Shown one piece after another: positions 40,088 to 52,613 of a stretch of DNA of 64,000 nucleotides. Within the stretch, counting starts at the first letter, position 1; each line of letters begins with the position of its first letter. The notes beneath the pieces were generated by a model. It searched no databases, had not been told where the DNA came from, and saw only the letters and a program-made list of their open reading frames with translations. The stretch is from Chiloscyllium plagiosum (Eukaryota). The stretch lies in assembly GCF_004010195.1 (NCBI RefSeq), contig NC_057725.1, positions 32,682,786-32,746,785 of the forward strand, read 5' to 3'. The position numbers were made by a program, and so were the translations under genes.

Positions 40088-40522
40088 CACCTTCAACTTT
40101 CAGACAAGTCTTCCTAATTATAGGCATATTGAGAGCGCTATGGTGGACTTGAATCTGGAGGACAGCTCCATTATCAGTTTCAATATCAGGCCAGAACAAA
40201 ACTTCACAATTCACACTGGAGCTACCATCATTGTTGCATTTAACAGTTGGCACCTTAAATTTGAAGGATTTTTCCTCTTCTTCAGTTTGATATGTACAGT
40301 TTGAAATAAGTTCCTTCTGCTCATCTCCTCCTGAATCCTGTAGGGTCTGAGGTGTAGGGCTCCATGAATAAATTTCCTTTGGTGCCCTATCATCTCTTCT
40401 TTGTAGCAACCAACTAATAGAAACGTTCTCAGGCCTATATCCAGAAATCTGACAATTCAGAAGAGCCTCTTGCAAATGTATAAGTCTTGGAGGTTGGCTG
40501 ATATCAGAAACTTTTGGAGGAA
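40088..40522 (-). CDS. Gene A exon 5: post-TM C1-like Ig domain 1 (long acidic insertion; F-strand Cys absent)
   Basis: ttttag| acceptor, |gtaagt donor, 435 nt; LNCQISGYRP...ISW...AVLQIQVHHSAL. Confidence 0.83.
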
Positions 40523-41172
40523 CTAAAAAAGAAACACCTAGATATTTATCCACTGTTTGCCACAGGTTCAGTCATTTCAAAACATCAACATTAATCCAGC
40601 GTATGACAGAATACTTTTACTGGAATAACAAAGATCATCAACAGTAGTTTCATTTATAAACAGTAATGAAATTAAAATATCTTCTCTCACTGAAAGAAAT
40701 TTGTCTTGACCAAAATAATCATTAGTCTCCTTAAAGTTAAAATAAAGTTCTGGGAGATGGGGAGTCATAAACAAACAAACAAACAGATCATACACCAAAT
40801 ATAAAATTAAGGCAAAAGTGCAAAAAATTCAGTACCAAAGGACAGAAATACGTCAACAAACAGAACAGTAGAGATCAGTAATGTATGGTGGAAGCCAGCA
40901 TTTCACAACATAGTGAGAAAGATCATCCAAGCTAAAGAGAGATCCACAGAGAAATCAGGTAAAACAGAGAAGTAGGAGGAGAAAGATCAGTAGACATAAG
41001 ATCAGGCAACAAACAATGTGAGAGTCACAAATCTCCCAAAGAGACAGAGATAACAAAATTGAAACACACCATTTGCACAAAAGATAGACAAGGCTGTGGT
41101 GAATTTCAACAAAGTTGAATCAGACAGACACAAAAATCAACAGATCAGTTTATGAGCTCAAAATATATTAAG

Positions 41173-41373
41173 TTAAAAATCACACAACATCAGCAGACTT
41201 ATTTGGAAGCACTAGCATTCGGAGCACTGCTCCTTCATTAGTCAGCCCGCAATCACCTGTTGAAGGAGCAGTGCTCCGAAAGTAGTGCTTCCAAATAAAC
41301 CGGTTGGATTTTAGCCTGGTGTTGTGATTTTTAACTTTGTCCACCCCAGTCCAACACTGGCTCCTCCAAATCA
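41173..41373. repeat. Short (about 200 bp) palindromic member of the same family
   Basis: Fold-back around 41245; TSD AAAATATATTAAG (41160-41172, 41374-41386). Confidence 0.78.
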
Positions 41374-42215
41374 AAAATATATTAAGAAGGGTATGAGAAA
41401 GTTCTGAAAACAAAGATGTGACAGCATGACTGCTCACACAAGACTAGGGTAGCAAAGAAGTGGGATATTTTTGAGCTTCTTTCCATGCATTTAATTTGCT
41501 TCGCAGTTCAGTGCTGTTTCATTTTGAGACAAATGCTGAAGGCAGAGAACAAAACTGCATGATACTTTAAAGATAATTACATTTCCTCTTTTGCTGGACA
41601 TTGTAGCTTTAAACTGACTTGTTCAGATATGAACAGCACTCAGATATAAACAAAGTAGCATTCAGTCACAGAATAAAAATTATTACTTTGTCACACTATT
41701 ATTCATCAATCATTTACAATTACTTAAAATTTTACTGAAAATCTGAAGCTTGTTTTATGAGCAAATCCATGATGTTGGGTCTCCTTAGCTAAACTTTGCA
41801 CTAAGATCAGTAATGCTGCTTGTTGTATAATTTCAGTTTCAACTCGGATATAATCAGATGCAGCCGTGTTCCAAGAAAAGCACTGTAAACAAAGTTAAAA
41901 ATCACACAAACACCAGGTTATAGTCCAACAGGTTTAATTGGAAGCACACTAGCTTTCGGAGCAACGGTCCTACATCAGGTGATTGTGGAGGGCTCGGTCG
42001 TAACACAGAATTTATAGCAAAAATTTGCAGTGTGATGTAACTGAAATTATACATTGAAAAATTGATTGTCTGTTAAGCCTTTCATCTGTTAGAATATAGT
42101 GATAGTTTCACTTCTTTCATGTGCAAATCACAAAATCCTTTTTTTTTTAAAAAGTTGCATTCTAGGGTTAGCTGTTAACAATGGTGATAGCTAGACAATA
42201 TGTTGAAGGTAAAAA

Positions 42216-42885
42216 ATGCCCCTGGTGCTCACCTTCCACCCTACAAATTTTCGCATAAACCAAATCATCCGCCAACATTTCCGCCACCTCCAAAAAGACT
42301 CCACCACTAGGGATATATTTCCCTCCCCACCCCTTTCCGCCTTCCGCAAAGACCGTTCCCTCCATGACTACCTGGCCAGGTCCACGCCCCCCTACGACCC
42401 ACCCTCCCATCCTGGCACTTTCCCCTGCCACCGCAGGAACTGTAAAACCTGCGCCCACACCTCCTCCCTCACCTCTATCCAAGGCCCCAAAGGAGCTTTC
42501 CACATCCATCAAAGTGTTACCTGCACATCCACTAATATCATCTATTGTATCCGTTGCTCCCGATGCAGTCTCCTCTACATTGGGGAGACTGGACGCCTCC
42601 TAGCAGAGCGCTTTAGGGAACATCTCCGAGACACCCGCACCAATCAACCAAACCGCCCCGTGGCCCAACATTTCAACTCCCCCTCCCACTCTGCCGAGGA
42701 TATGGAGGTGCTGGGCCACCTCCACCGCCGCTCCCCCACCACCAGACGCCTGGAGGAATTATCTCTCCATGCTTCAGGCTCACTGCCTTTATTCCTGATG
42801 AAGGGCTTTTGCCCGAAACGTCAATTTCGCTGCTCGTTGGATGCTGCCTGAACTGCTGTGCTCTTCCAGCACCACTGATCCAGAA
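42216..42885 (+). mobile_element. Penelope-like GIY-YIG fragment nested in a palindromic element
   Basis: PLVLTFHP, CKTC, IIYCIRCSRCSLLYIGETGRLLAERFREH, VAQHFN; followed by a hammerhead motif. Confidence 0.88.
42791..42826 (+). ncRNA. Minimal hammerhead ribozyme motif (second family)
   Basis: CTGATGA-A-GGGC-TTTT-GCCC-GAAA-CGTC. Confidence 0.62.
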
Positions 42886-43029
42886 TATGTTGAAGGTGTT
42901 AGCTCCCTGTGTTCTCTGTCTATGACCTGATGTTTAGATTGTTATCTCACTTTTTAGATTAGAATCAGAGTTTTACATAAATTCATGCAGTTTTTGAGCT
43001 CAGAGTTCTACATGAATGTATGCATGAAT

Positions 43030-43063
43030 GACTGATGAAGGAGCGTTGCTCCGAAAGCTAGTG
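43030..43063 (+). ncRNA. Minimal hammerhead ribozyme motif
   Basis: CTGATGA-A-GGAGC-GTT-GCTCC-GAAA-GCTA-GTG; core and stem II intact, stem I 5' strand lost. Confidence 0.6.
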
Positions 43064-43262
43064 TGCTTCCAATTAAACCTGTTGGACTTTAACCTGGTGC
43101 TGTGTGATCTTTAACTTTGTACACCCCAGTCCAACACCGGCATCTCCAAATCATGTCTGTAAACAAAAACTTCAACAGAGATGAGCCATCATACCACAAA
43201 GCAAGAATTATCTAATAATTTGCAGTTGCTGTACTTTTAAAGTGAATTGAAGGATGCATTAC

Positions 43263-43379
43263 CTTTTTTAAGGTACTTGAAGTACACAAAAAATCCAATG
43301 CCCGTAATTGCTGTACATGCCAATATGCTAGCGATGACACATCCAGTTATTATCCCAACTGGTACAACAACTTCTGGCT
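43263..43379 (-). CDS. Gene A exon 4: transmembrane exon (EPEVVVPVGIITGCVIASILACTAITGIGFFVYFKYLKK)
   Basis: ctacag| acceptor, |gtaatg donor, 117 nt, phase 1-1; long uncharged stretch followed by basic KYLKK stop-transfer motif. Confidence 0.85.
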
Positions 43380-43739
43380 CTGTAGGTAACAAACAGTTGT
43401 TTTGAAGTGAACAGCAAAATAGAACAATATCTGAAAATTGAGACTTATTCCAAGACAATGGTTTGAAGTATTTCAAACTGAAAAAATGCATTGTAAGTTG
43501 ATAAAGATCATTGAACATTTCATGTTAAAGAGTCTTCACAGTTCTAAATAACATTAGTTTATTACCAGCAGCTGTTGATTAGCATTTTCAGCATTTCTTG
43601 AATTCACATGAGCTCCAGAACGTGAAGATGTATACAAATAAATTCTTCAGCATCATCAAGGTGTTGAATACAAAAAAAGGGGAAAAGTTGTATGTGAACT
43701 CAGCAGACGTTTAACAACAGACTGTAGTAGTACTGCATT

Positions 43740-46700
43740 TTTATAGAAGAAACATGGAGAGACAATACAGGCTCAATGCTAGAACTTTGAGGGAAGGACA
43801 GGAGCAGAGGACGTCGGGGTTCAGATGCACAATTCTTTGAATGTGGCCAAGGTGAAATTGTTAAGGCAGCTTATAAGATCCTTGAATTTGTAAATAGAGG
43901 CACTATCAATGTGAGTCCAGGTGGATATGTTGCTTGTCCAGTGAGAGGGTCAATGGTGTCACGGAATAATTGCAAAATGTTCTCGGGAAGATGAATAGTC
44001 AGGGGTTGTGTTCCAAATTAGTACTAACAACGCGGGCAGGAAGGGGGATGACGTCCTGTAATCAAAATTGAGGGAATTATGGAGAAAAATAGCAATCAGA
44101 CTTCTAAAATATTAATCTCCAGATTATTCTCAGGTAGATATATCTTGACTGGAAACCTCATGAAGGAAGGACACCAGGACTGACTTTCGGAAAGATGGCA
44201 TCTGTACAAGTCAGATAGCTTGCCCCTGATAGAATGCAGGGCATTTTACTGGTGAGGGTTTAAAAGAATTCAGCAGGGCATGGGGACAGAAGTTAGAAAG
44301 TAATATCAGGGTACATAAAGTGCCAAGAGAGGCTGATCATGCTGGAGTAGAGAAAAATAAGTTAATGAGTGAAGTCTGAATAAAAACAAAAGTAAAGTAA
44401 TGAAGTCTAAACCAGAATTAATCTGCATGTTTGTGAATTCACAGAACATTGTTAACAAACTTGGGGAGTTACAGCTACAGATTATCACTTGGAATTAGGA
44501 TGTCTCAGTAAGAACAGAAACCTATGTCAGGGCAGGTATAAGTGATAAATATTCTTGGTTACAAGATGTTCATTAGATATAGGAAAGAAAGTAAAAGGAG
44601 GGTAGTGTTTCAGGTTAAGAAGTAAGTTGTAATACTAGAGAATTAGGATCTTTCAGAGGTGAAGGACAGAATTAATTTAGTGAGACCTAAGGAATAAAAA
44701 GGGTGCAACTGCATTACTTAGTGTAGACTACAAAACACCAACGAGTGGGAAAGATACAGAGGAACAAGTCTGCAGGGAAAATGGTAGAGCGATGCTGACA
44801 ATGAGCAGTCATAAAGAAGGACTTTAATTAACGATATATGAACTGGGATAATGCTACTGTAAGGGACAGTGAGGAGCAACCATTCCTAGATTGCATTCAG
44901 GAGAATTGCTTATCATAGTATGTGTTTAATCCAACAATAAACAAGGTACTGCTAGACCAATTTCTTGATTTATGCAGCTGCCCTGATTTTCAAGTGACAG
45001 TGGAGAACAGTGATCTTCTATCATAAGGTTTAGGACGATAGTAGAAAATGACATTGATCACACAGGAAAAGAATAACCAACCTCAAATGGAGCAAGAACA
45101 GCGTTGGGCTGAATAGACTGGAACCAATGATTGAAGACAGTCCACCACCAAAGAGAAGAGTGAAGATATATTCTCTCAAAAGAAAAGCGGAACACAAACA
45201 AATCTAGAGCTCCCTGGATGACAAAATGATAGAGATTGAAATTAAAGTTGAAGAAGAATAAATTATGTTTATGATGTCTAAGGTAGTAAATGCAATTGAG
45301 AATCAAGCTGAATATAAATAGTTCGGGGTGGGGGGGGGGGGGGGGGGGGGGGAATTTAAAAAAAAAAGCATGCAGTTAACAAAGTGAAATACCAAAAAAC
45401 CTTCCATAAGCACAACAATAGTAAAAGAGTGATAAAAAGGAGAAGGAAGGTCAATTAGGGACCTAAAATGGGGGTTTACACACAGAAGAAAGAGGCATGA
45501 CTGATATGCTAGATAAATGAATACTCTACAAGTATGTCTGAGGTAGATGCTACCCAGGCCATGGTAAATCAGGACTAAACTCAATCTAGAGAGCTTATAA
45601 TTAATAGAGAGATATTAATTACATTTTCAGATTTGGTGAAACATTGGAATCAGATGAGATGCATTCAAAGGTGAAGGAAATGAGAGTAGAAATTGCAGAG
45701 GTACTTGCAATAGTCTTTCAACCTACCCTGGATCCAGGACTTGTGTAGGACAATTAGAGAATTGCAAACATTGTGCCCTTGCTCAAATAACGTTTGGAAC
45801 AATCAGCGCAAAAATTACAGACCACCCAAAATGTATATTTGCATTGGTAGGGAAATTTCTAGAAACAATTATTCAGAATGGAATTAGTAGGCAAAATGAA
45901 AACTGCAGTTTAACTGGAACAGTCAGCATTGATTTGTTCAGAGAAAAATCATGTCTATCTAACTTGCAGTATTTTTGAACAGGTAACATCAAGCGTTGAT
46001 GAGGCTGTTGATGTACAGTACATGGATTTGCAAAAGGCTTTCGATACTATACCACACAGCAGACTTGCAAAGCAAGTTTTAGGTCATGCAGTAAGAGGAA
46101 CAGTAGCAAGATGCAAACAAAAATTAGGTGAAGGATAAGAAATGGTTAATGGTTAGTTTTTGGGCTTGAAGTTTTGGAGTTGAGAAAATTGAAGAATGAG
46201 AGAAATTAACAGAGTTAATAATTGTAGACAATAATAACTGGGGTCTTTGCTTTTCCCATATGTAAATAAATTGTCTCCCCCTCACTGTCCCTAGATGTTG
46301 GTGTAAAGAAGAGCAATGCAGAACTTCTAAAGGCCATTGATGGTGCATTGGGCAAACAGACAGCAAAGAACGTAGAACATAGAACATTACAGTGCAGTAC
46401 AGGCTCTTTGGCCCTCTATGTTGCGCCAATCTATGAAACCAATCCGAAGCCCATCTAACCCACACTATTCCATTATTATCCATATGTTTATCCAATGCAG
46501 AGAAGTGGGAGTTGATACATCTTAGTACAAAGAATAGAGAGAATAATGTAAAACAGTATTATTCTGAAGGGTGTGCGGGAACAGGTGTGTGTATATATAG
46601 ATAAGTCATTAAAAGGTGGCAGGTCAGTTCATGATAGTTGTTAACAAGGCATACAGTTTTCTAGGTTTCATTAATGGGCCATTGTGCATAACAGATGGAT

Positions 46701-47070
46701 GCTGTGCTGATCATATAAAGGACCCAAGCTGCACATCTTCTACACAGTACTGTGCACAGTTCTGGGCACCTCACCCTAAGACAGATATGATTGCACTAAA
46801 GAGTTCATAGAAGAGATTTATGAGAATATTCCAGGATGAGAAACCCTAGGGACAGTTTTTTTTCCAGACAGAACATTTTAGTATGTTGAGACACTTTGTA
46901 AGAGGATTGAGAATCAGAGGGCACAGGTTTTAAAAAATTTGCAAGAAGAAACAAATTCAAAATAGGAAGAAACTGTTCTACACAGTGAATGACTAGGATC
47001 TGAAATGTTCTTCCGAGAGGTGTGATGCAGGCAGGTTCAATTGAAGTATTCAATACAGTATTACATGATT
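43740..47070 (+). mobile_element. Old, fragmented CR1-like LINE (endonuclease and RT remnants)
   Basis: YMDLQKAFDTIPHSRL (45929-46138) and YCAQFWAP (46616-46810); heavily decayed; boundaries approximate. Confidence 0.65.
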
Positions 47071-49745
47071 ATTTAAATAAAAGTAAAAGGTAAAACCACC
47101 ATAGGGCTACATTTCGAGAAAGAGAGCACGCGAGAGATTGCAAAAGAGTGTGCTTCGATAGTAACCTCTCATCACTGTATATTGCAAACCTGCCATCTAG
47201 CAAAATATTTGGCATTGTTGTAATGTGGACCCAGGATCCTCCATTTATAAGACAGGGACTTCAATCAACTAACCCACAGTACCAACAGTAGAAAAAGAAC
47301 ACATGGTTGAGGAACTGCAAAGGATTGGAATTATGTTTAAACATTCAGAGAGCAGGTGCTGGCATGATGGGTCAAATAACAACCCTTCTGCATTATAACC
47401 ACTCTGAGTGTGAAAGTGCAGGTTAGTACGGTCAACGTATAGTCCTATTACTTAGGATTTTGTGTCAGCAACATTTGCAAAATGCAGGCAGACAGCATGG
47501 GTTCGTGTGGAACTGGAAGGAGAAAGAGTAACATGAGAAGAGAAAAATAAAATTTGATCACAAATCTCTCTCTGGAAATGATGTGACTGAAAAATAGCTA
47601 ATTAGTTAGGTTGGAGTTGAAATTAGTTTTGTTGGGACATTGGGAGATGAAGCTCAAGTTCTTGCAGAAGGATGGTTTGAAGATACGTAATAGATTGTTT
47701 GTTCGTTTGTTTAACAAAGTTAGGAATCCTGGCTCGTTCAAGATAACCTCGAATTAATATAAAAATACTAACACCACCAATTTCAATCACCTTGATGATA
47801 AACACCCAAGAATGAAACTCAAATTACTTTAGCCATGGTTAGAAGCATGATGTATTTACATAAGTAGTATCTTAAATCCAAATCCATCAACATGATGCTG
47901 AAAAAAAATCTTGCAGTCAGAAGCGTGGAATGTCACACTCTACGGAATGTGAAAGGTTGAGTCTGAAGAATGATGATGACAGGAAGTAAACAACCTTTGA
48001 AACGTGTGGCAGAGGATAGTCAGTTGGAAGGATAGAAAGAAGTGATCGAGTTGGATCATGAATAGAAGTTCAAAAATCCGACTTAGAGGGAAGATAACCC
48101 GACTTAGAGGGAAGAAGATTGAAAAGTAGATATTGGAAACAAATATACAACAACCTTGAGGTGAAACAACTGGAGAAGTTAAGCATTAAAAAGGCAGGAC
48201 AAGAAGAAAGACTAGATAGGTGGATAAAGTTGAAACAGGAGGGTAGGCTGATTAAAGGGACAGAGGTAGCAAGACATTATCAATGTTTGCTGTACAATTA
48301 TGCTGAAAACGAACAAATCATTAACAGCAAACCATTGTCCCAGCTTAGGTGACATGCTGGGAATATTGACCAAGTTCCAAAAGGTACTGGACAAGATTTT
48401 TGCTACTGTAGAGAGCTTTAGAGCATTTTAAATATAAGTTTGCTGAGATAAGATCAGAAAACAAAGCAACAAATGAAGAGTACGTGGGACATTAGTGTAA
48501 AGCAGAACAAACAGCTTATTTTCCTAAGTAGTGAGAAAGCCCAGGGAAGGAACATGAAATAATCTGGGTTAACTGAATATTAAATCGAGTTAGGAAAGAA
48601 AGATTTCTTTAGAAAGTATATGAAAAGATACGAAAGCAAGGTAAAAACATTTAAGATTTAAAAGTTTTAAAACAGCCTAAAATATGTAATCACAAATTAG
48701 AAAGAATGAGAGATCACACTTGTAAGTGTCCACTTACTACGTAAAAGAATTTGCTTGCCAGCCCTCAACAATAATCTTACTGTTAAAAGTGGATTATAGA
48801 ATTAACTTTCTATGCTAAATTTAACACATAATTAGCAAGGAAATCATGAAAAGATTATGAATTTTGGAAAAAAAAACTATATTTTGCAAACTAGCAACTT
48901 GCACTGGTTCTCAATTTAGAAGATATAACTTCCTCATTACAAGCTGCAGGTTACTTTGTATTTGTCAACAAAAATTTGTCTTTCCTTCTAAGCAAAATAT
49001 GGCCCATTGCTACAATTGCTACTATTTAGAAAGCTAGCAGAAATTATGTAGGAACATAGGGCAAGACAAAAGGGAGGTGAAGCATTTAACCAAAGTTGCA
49101 ATTTCTTTCCATGTCGCTAAAAAGAGCAAATCTCATGACACATTGATTACTTTCAATGCTTTACCACTACAATAGAGCTTTTCAAAACTGTTGACAGTCA
49201 AACTTGTAGAAAGGCAACACACTCAATACAATTGCAATTCCTGAACTGCTCAGGGCTCTTCTGATAATGAAGTTTTCCTTCAAGTTTTTCCAGAAAGCTC
49301 CACAGGCTATAACCATCATTTCACATTTTGCTCAGCTTTGTTGAAATTCCAAACTTGAAATTCAGTTTTGGAAAACTGGTGATTATAGAGAACTTTAGTC
49401 AAACTTAATGCAGCCATCAAACTCCAGAAACACAACTTTCAACAGGGATTATTTACTTAACATAAATTTCAGATTACCACCTAAACAGAGGCACTGAAAT
49501 TTCAGTTTAAATATATGAACCATATAAATCTTTAACCTGAAATTAAGACAGACAAAGACCATTCAGTTCAAAATTCCCCTTTGCCTCCTTCATCAGAGCC
49601 ATTAACTGTAAACCACAGAAAAATTTCAAATGAATACATTAACCTTCATGTATAATAACAGTACAATTTCAGTGTTTGTTTTGTATCTGCATTTTCTAAC
49701 ATAAACCAGACATCATGTACAAGTACATCAAAGTATAAAATATAC

Positions 49746-50066
49746 CTTTGACAGTCAGCTGGGCTTCCAATTTTAAGTCTTTATTAAGCGATGGGTGTTT
49801 GACATAGCAGATATAAATATTGCCATTGTCTTCCAGCGTTGGGTGCAACCTCAGTCGGCTGGAAACACTGTAGGTTCCATTTTGATGTTGAACTGGGGAT
49901 CCTGTGCAGATGTGTTGTGAAAGCATTTGTTCCTCATTTTTTGTTTTCTGTATCCAACCCATCTCAATTGAGACAGGATAAAAATCAACACTGTCACATT
50001 TCACTGATTTCTCCGTACCAAGTTCAATTGTGATCGCAGTTGAAGATAAGCTTACTTTTGGCAGTG
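49746..50066 (-). CDS. NCR3LG1: Gene A exon 3: extracellular IgC1 domain
   Basis: ttgcag| acceptor, |gtata donor, 321 nt; KC..VDFYP..I...W...NGTYSVSSRL...YICYVKHPSL is the C1-set pattern with both cysteines. Confidence 0.9.
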
Positions 50067-50749
50067 CTGCAAATGACAATACAAATCAAATGTTTAGTAT
50101 TTCATGTGAATATTCACCTGTTCACACCTTCTGCCGATGTAATGATTGCACAGATTGAAATGTCTGCTGTTCAAAATTTCCTTTCCTCAACTCCTTTTGT
50201 ACTCTTTGCTTCAGCGTCCCATACAATTTTGTCACTGGTGTGTCTACTCTCAAAGGGTGGCAACAGGCTGTTAACTGAAGTATTATGTTTTGGACACTCC
50301 AGTCTGTTCCAAAAAATACAATTTTCAAGAGATAACTATGTTTTATTAAAATTATATTTTAGGAGACATAGTGGACCACTAGAATTGAAAAGTATCTATG
50401 TACTAGATTCTGTTCTAATACTTGTATTGTTTGTGCTGTCATCTGCCTTTTGCAAAGATGTATTTTTATCTCATGGACAACCTCCTCCAATCTTACCTGT
50501 TGTTAGACCAATAGCGCCATTATTTTCAATCATTCAACAGATCAAATAAGATGAAGGCTGAACATACAAGTGTTGCTCCAGCTACCAAAACTGCAATTTC
50601 AAGCCTTATAGCTAGCCATGCTATGCTGTCTGTAATTCATCTTAACTGTTTTGAAAAAGCTAACTACTTGCTAAATGACTACGTTTTTAGTTCACATCCC
50701 CTTGTCACTAGCTTCTCCAAGAACAACTTTGAGAACAAATGTATTTGTC

Positions 50750-51700
50750 ATAGAGTCATAGTCATAGAGATGTACAGCATGGAAATAGACCCTTCGGTCC
50801 AACTCGTCCATGTCCACCAGATATCCCAACCCAATCTAGTCCTACCTGCCAGCACCCAGCTCATTTCCCTCCAAACCCTTCCTATTCATATACCCATCCA
50901 GATGCCTTTTAAAATGTTGAAATTGTACTAGCCTCCACCACTTCCTCTGGCAGCTCATTCCATACACGTACTACCCTCTGCATGGAAAAGTTGCCCCTTA
51001 GATCTCTTTTATATCTTTCCCTTCTCACCCTAAACCTATGTCCTCTAGTTTTGGACTCCACCACCCCTTGGAAAGAGACTGTTTGTTTATCCTATCCATG
51101 CCCCTCATGATTTTATAAATCTCTAAGGTCACCCCTCAGCCTCTGATGCTCCAGCCTATTCAACCTCTCCCTACAGCTCAAATCCTCCGACCCTGGCAAC
51201 ATCCTTGTAAATCTTTTCTGAATTCTTTCAAGTTTCACAACATCTTTCCCATAAGGAGACCAGAATTGGATGCAAAATTCCAACAGTGGCCTAACCAATG
51301 TCCTGTACAGCCGCAACATGGCCTCCCAACTCCTGTCCTCAATACCCTGACCAATAAAGGAAAGCATACCAAACGCCTTCTTCATTATCCTATCTACCTG
51401 CGATTCCACTTTGAAGGAGCTATGAACCTATACTCCAAGGTCTCTTTGTTCAGTAACACTTCCTGGGACTTTACCATTAAGTGTATAAGTCCTGCTAAGA
51501 TTTGCTTTCCCAAAATGCAGTACCTCACATTTATCTAAATTAAACTCCATCTGTCACTCCTCAGCCAATTGGCCCATCTGGTCCAGATCCTGTTGTAATC
51601 TGAGGTAACCCTCTTCACTGTCCACTGCATCTCCAATTTTGGCTTCATCTGCAAACTTACTAACTGTACCTCTTATGCTCGCATCCAAATCATTTATATT
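50750..51700 (-). mobile_element. CR1 LINE 3' fragment
   Basis: LYRTLVRPLLEFCIQFWSP; same family as 37040-38460. Confidence 0.9.
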
Positions 51701-52250
51701 TGTGTTCTTTGACTGCTTTTCTTTCGGAGTGCATCACAAAAGGTGGTCGTAGGGCTCTAAATGCATCATCTAGAGGCAGAGACTAGAGATGGAGAAGGTA
51801 ACTAAAGGAACAATATTTTTCTTGCTTCATTGAGCAAGTGGCCCTTCTGCTTTCAGGTTACTAGAAGCCAACATCGTAACAATATTCTGATATACATGTC
51901 ATGGCCTGCCTGGCATGGGATTTCAGCCAAATAGTAACACAGTCTAACTAATTTCTAATTCCTGTGAAGCAGCAACAATTGAATTCCTTCTTTGCTCAGT
52001 TGGGGGCAGATGACACATTATGATCTAGCAAGCACCAAACATACTCATACCCATAGTTACAACTTTATCAAAGCTCAGGATTGCATGGCTCAAAAAAAAA
52101 TGAACTGCATTAATATGTCACGATGGTGGCCGATTTGCTACACGTATGGACAGTTGCATGCAGATGGTATTGACTGCGTTCACCTGACCCATTTTAAATT
52201 TTACGCAGTCACAATTCAGCAGATAATAAGAATCAGATAGGGAGTCTTAC

Positions 52251-52613
52251 CTGAAACAGTCATTGAAGATTTTCCACTTCCATTGTCTGGGGTTATAAAA
52301 ACAACACAAGTGTAATCTCCTTCATCATCAAACTGGACTCTTGGAAGAAAAAGGGAAGCAATTCCTTTCTTCAACTGAGCATCAATAATTCTAGCTCCTT
52401 CTCTGTATGGTGTATGTTTGCCACCAACAAATTGATATATCTCTCGTCTCTGTGAATCTGGAGAACCAGATTTTTGGTAGAACCACTGAACTCCCATGCT
52501 TTTAAGGTCAATATCTTTATTGTAGCCAGAAACTTGGCACTTCAGAACAATATCTTTATCTACGGTGGCTTTCACAGTTCCTGAATTCATCGACACAATT
52601 AGGTCACCTTGTT
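52251..52613 (-). CDS. NCR3LG1: Gene A exon 2: IgV domain, B7-H6-like
   Basis: ttccag| acceptor, |gtaaga donor, 363 nt, phase 1-1; VLKC...MGVQWF...GIASLFLPRVQFDDEGDYTCVVFITP has V-set hallmarks and resembles the B7-H6 V domain as I recall it ([26 protein letters not shown]). Confidence 0.9.

Larger units (their letters stand above)
41894..43156. repeat. Palindromic Penelope-derived insertion in intron 4
   Basis: Inverted terminal arms; TSD CTGTAAACAAA (41883-41893, 43157-43167). Confidence 0.8.

Noticed and set aside
48073-48117. Short direct repeat ccgacttagagggaaga (two copies)
   Set aside because: Simple local tandem duplication; not CRISPR-like and no functional signal.
18566-52613. Immunoglobulin heavy chain (IgW/IgNAR/IgM) or TCR locus, suggested by one V plus many C1 exons in a shark
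   Set aside because: The V exon is complete through the G strand and ends in a splice donor. I saw no RSS, D or J segments or WGxG/FGxG motif, and the TM exon precedes most C1 exons.
49746-52613. Tapasin/TAPBPL or SIRP identity
   Set aside because: No tapasin N-terminal domain exon between leader and V, and no ITIM-type tail. The V sequence looks closer to B7-H6. Not formally excluded without a phylogeny.
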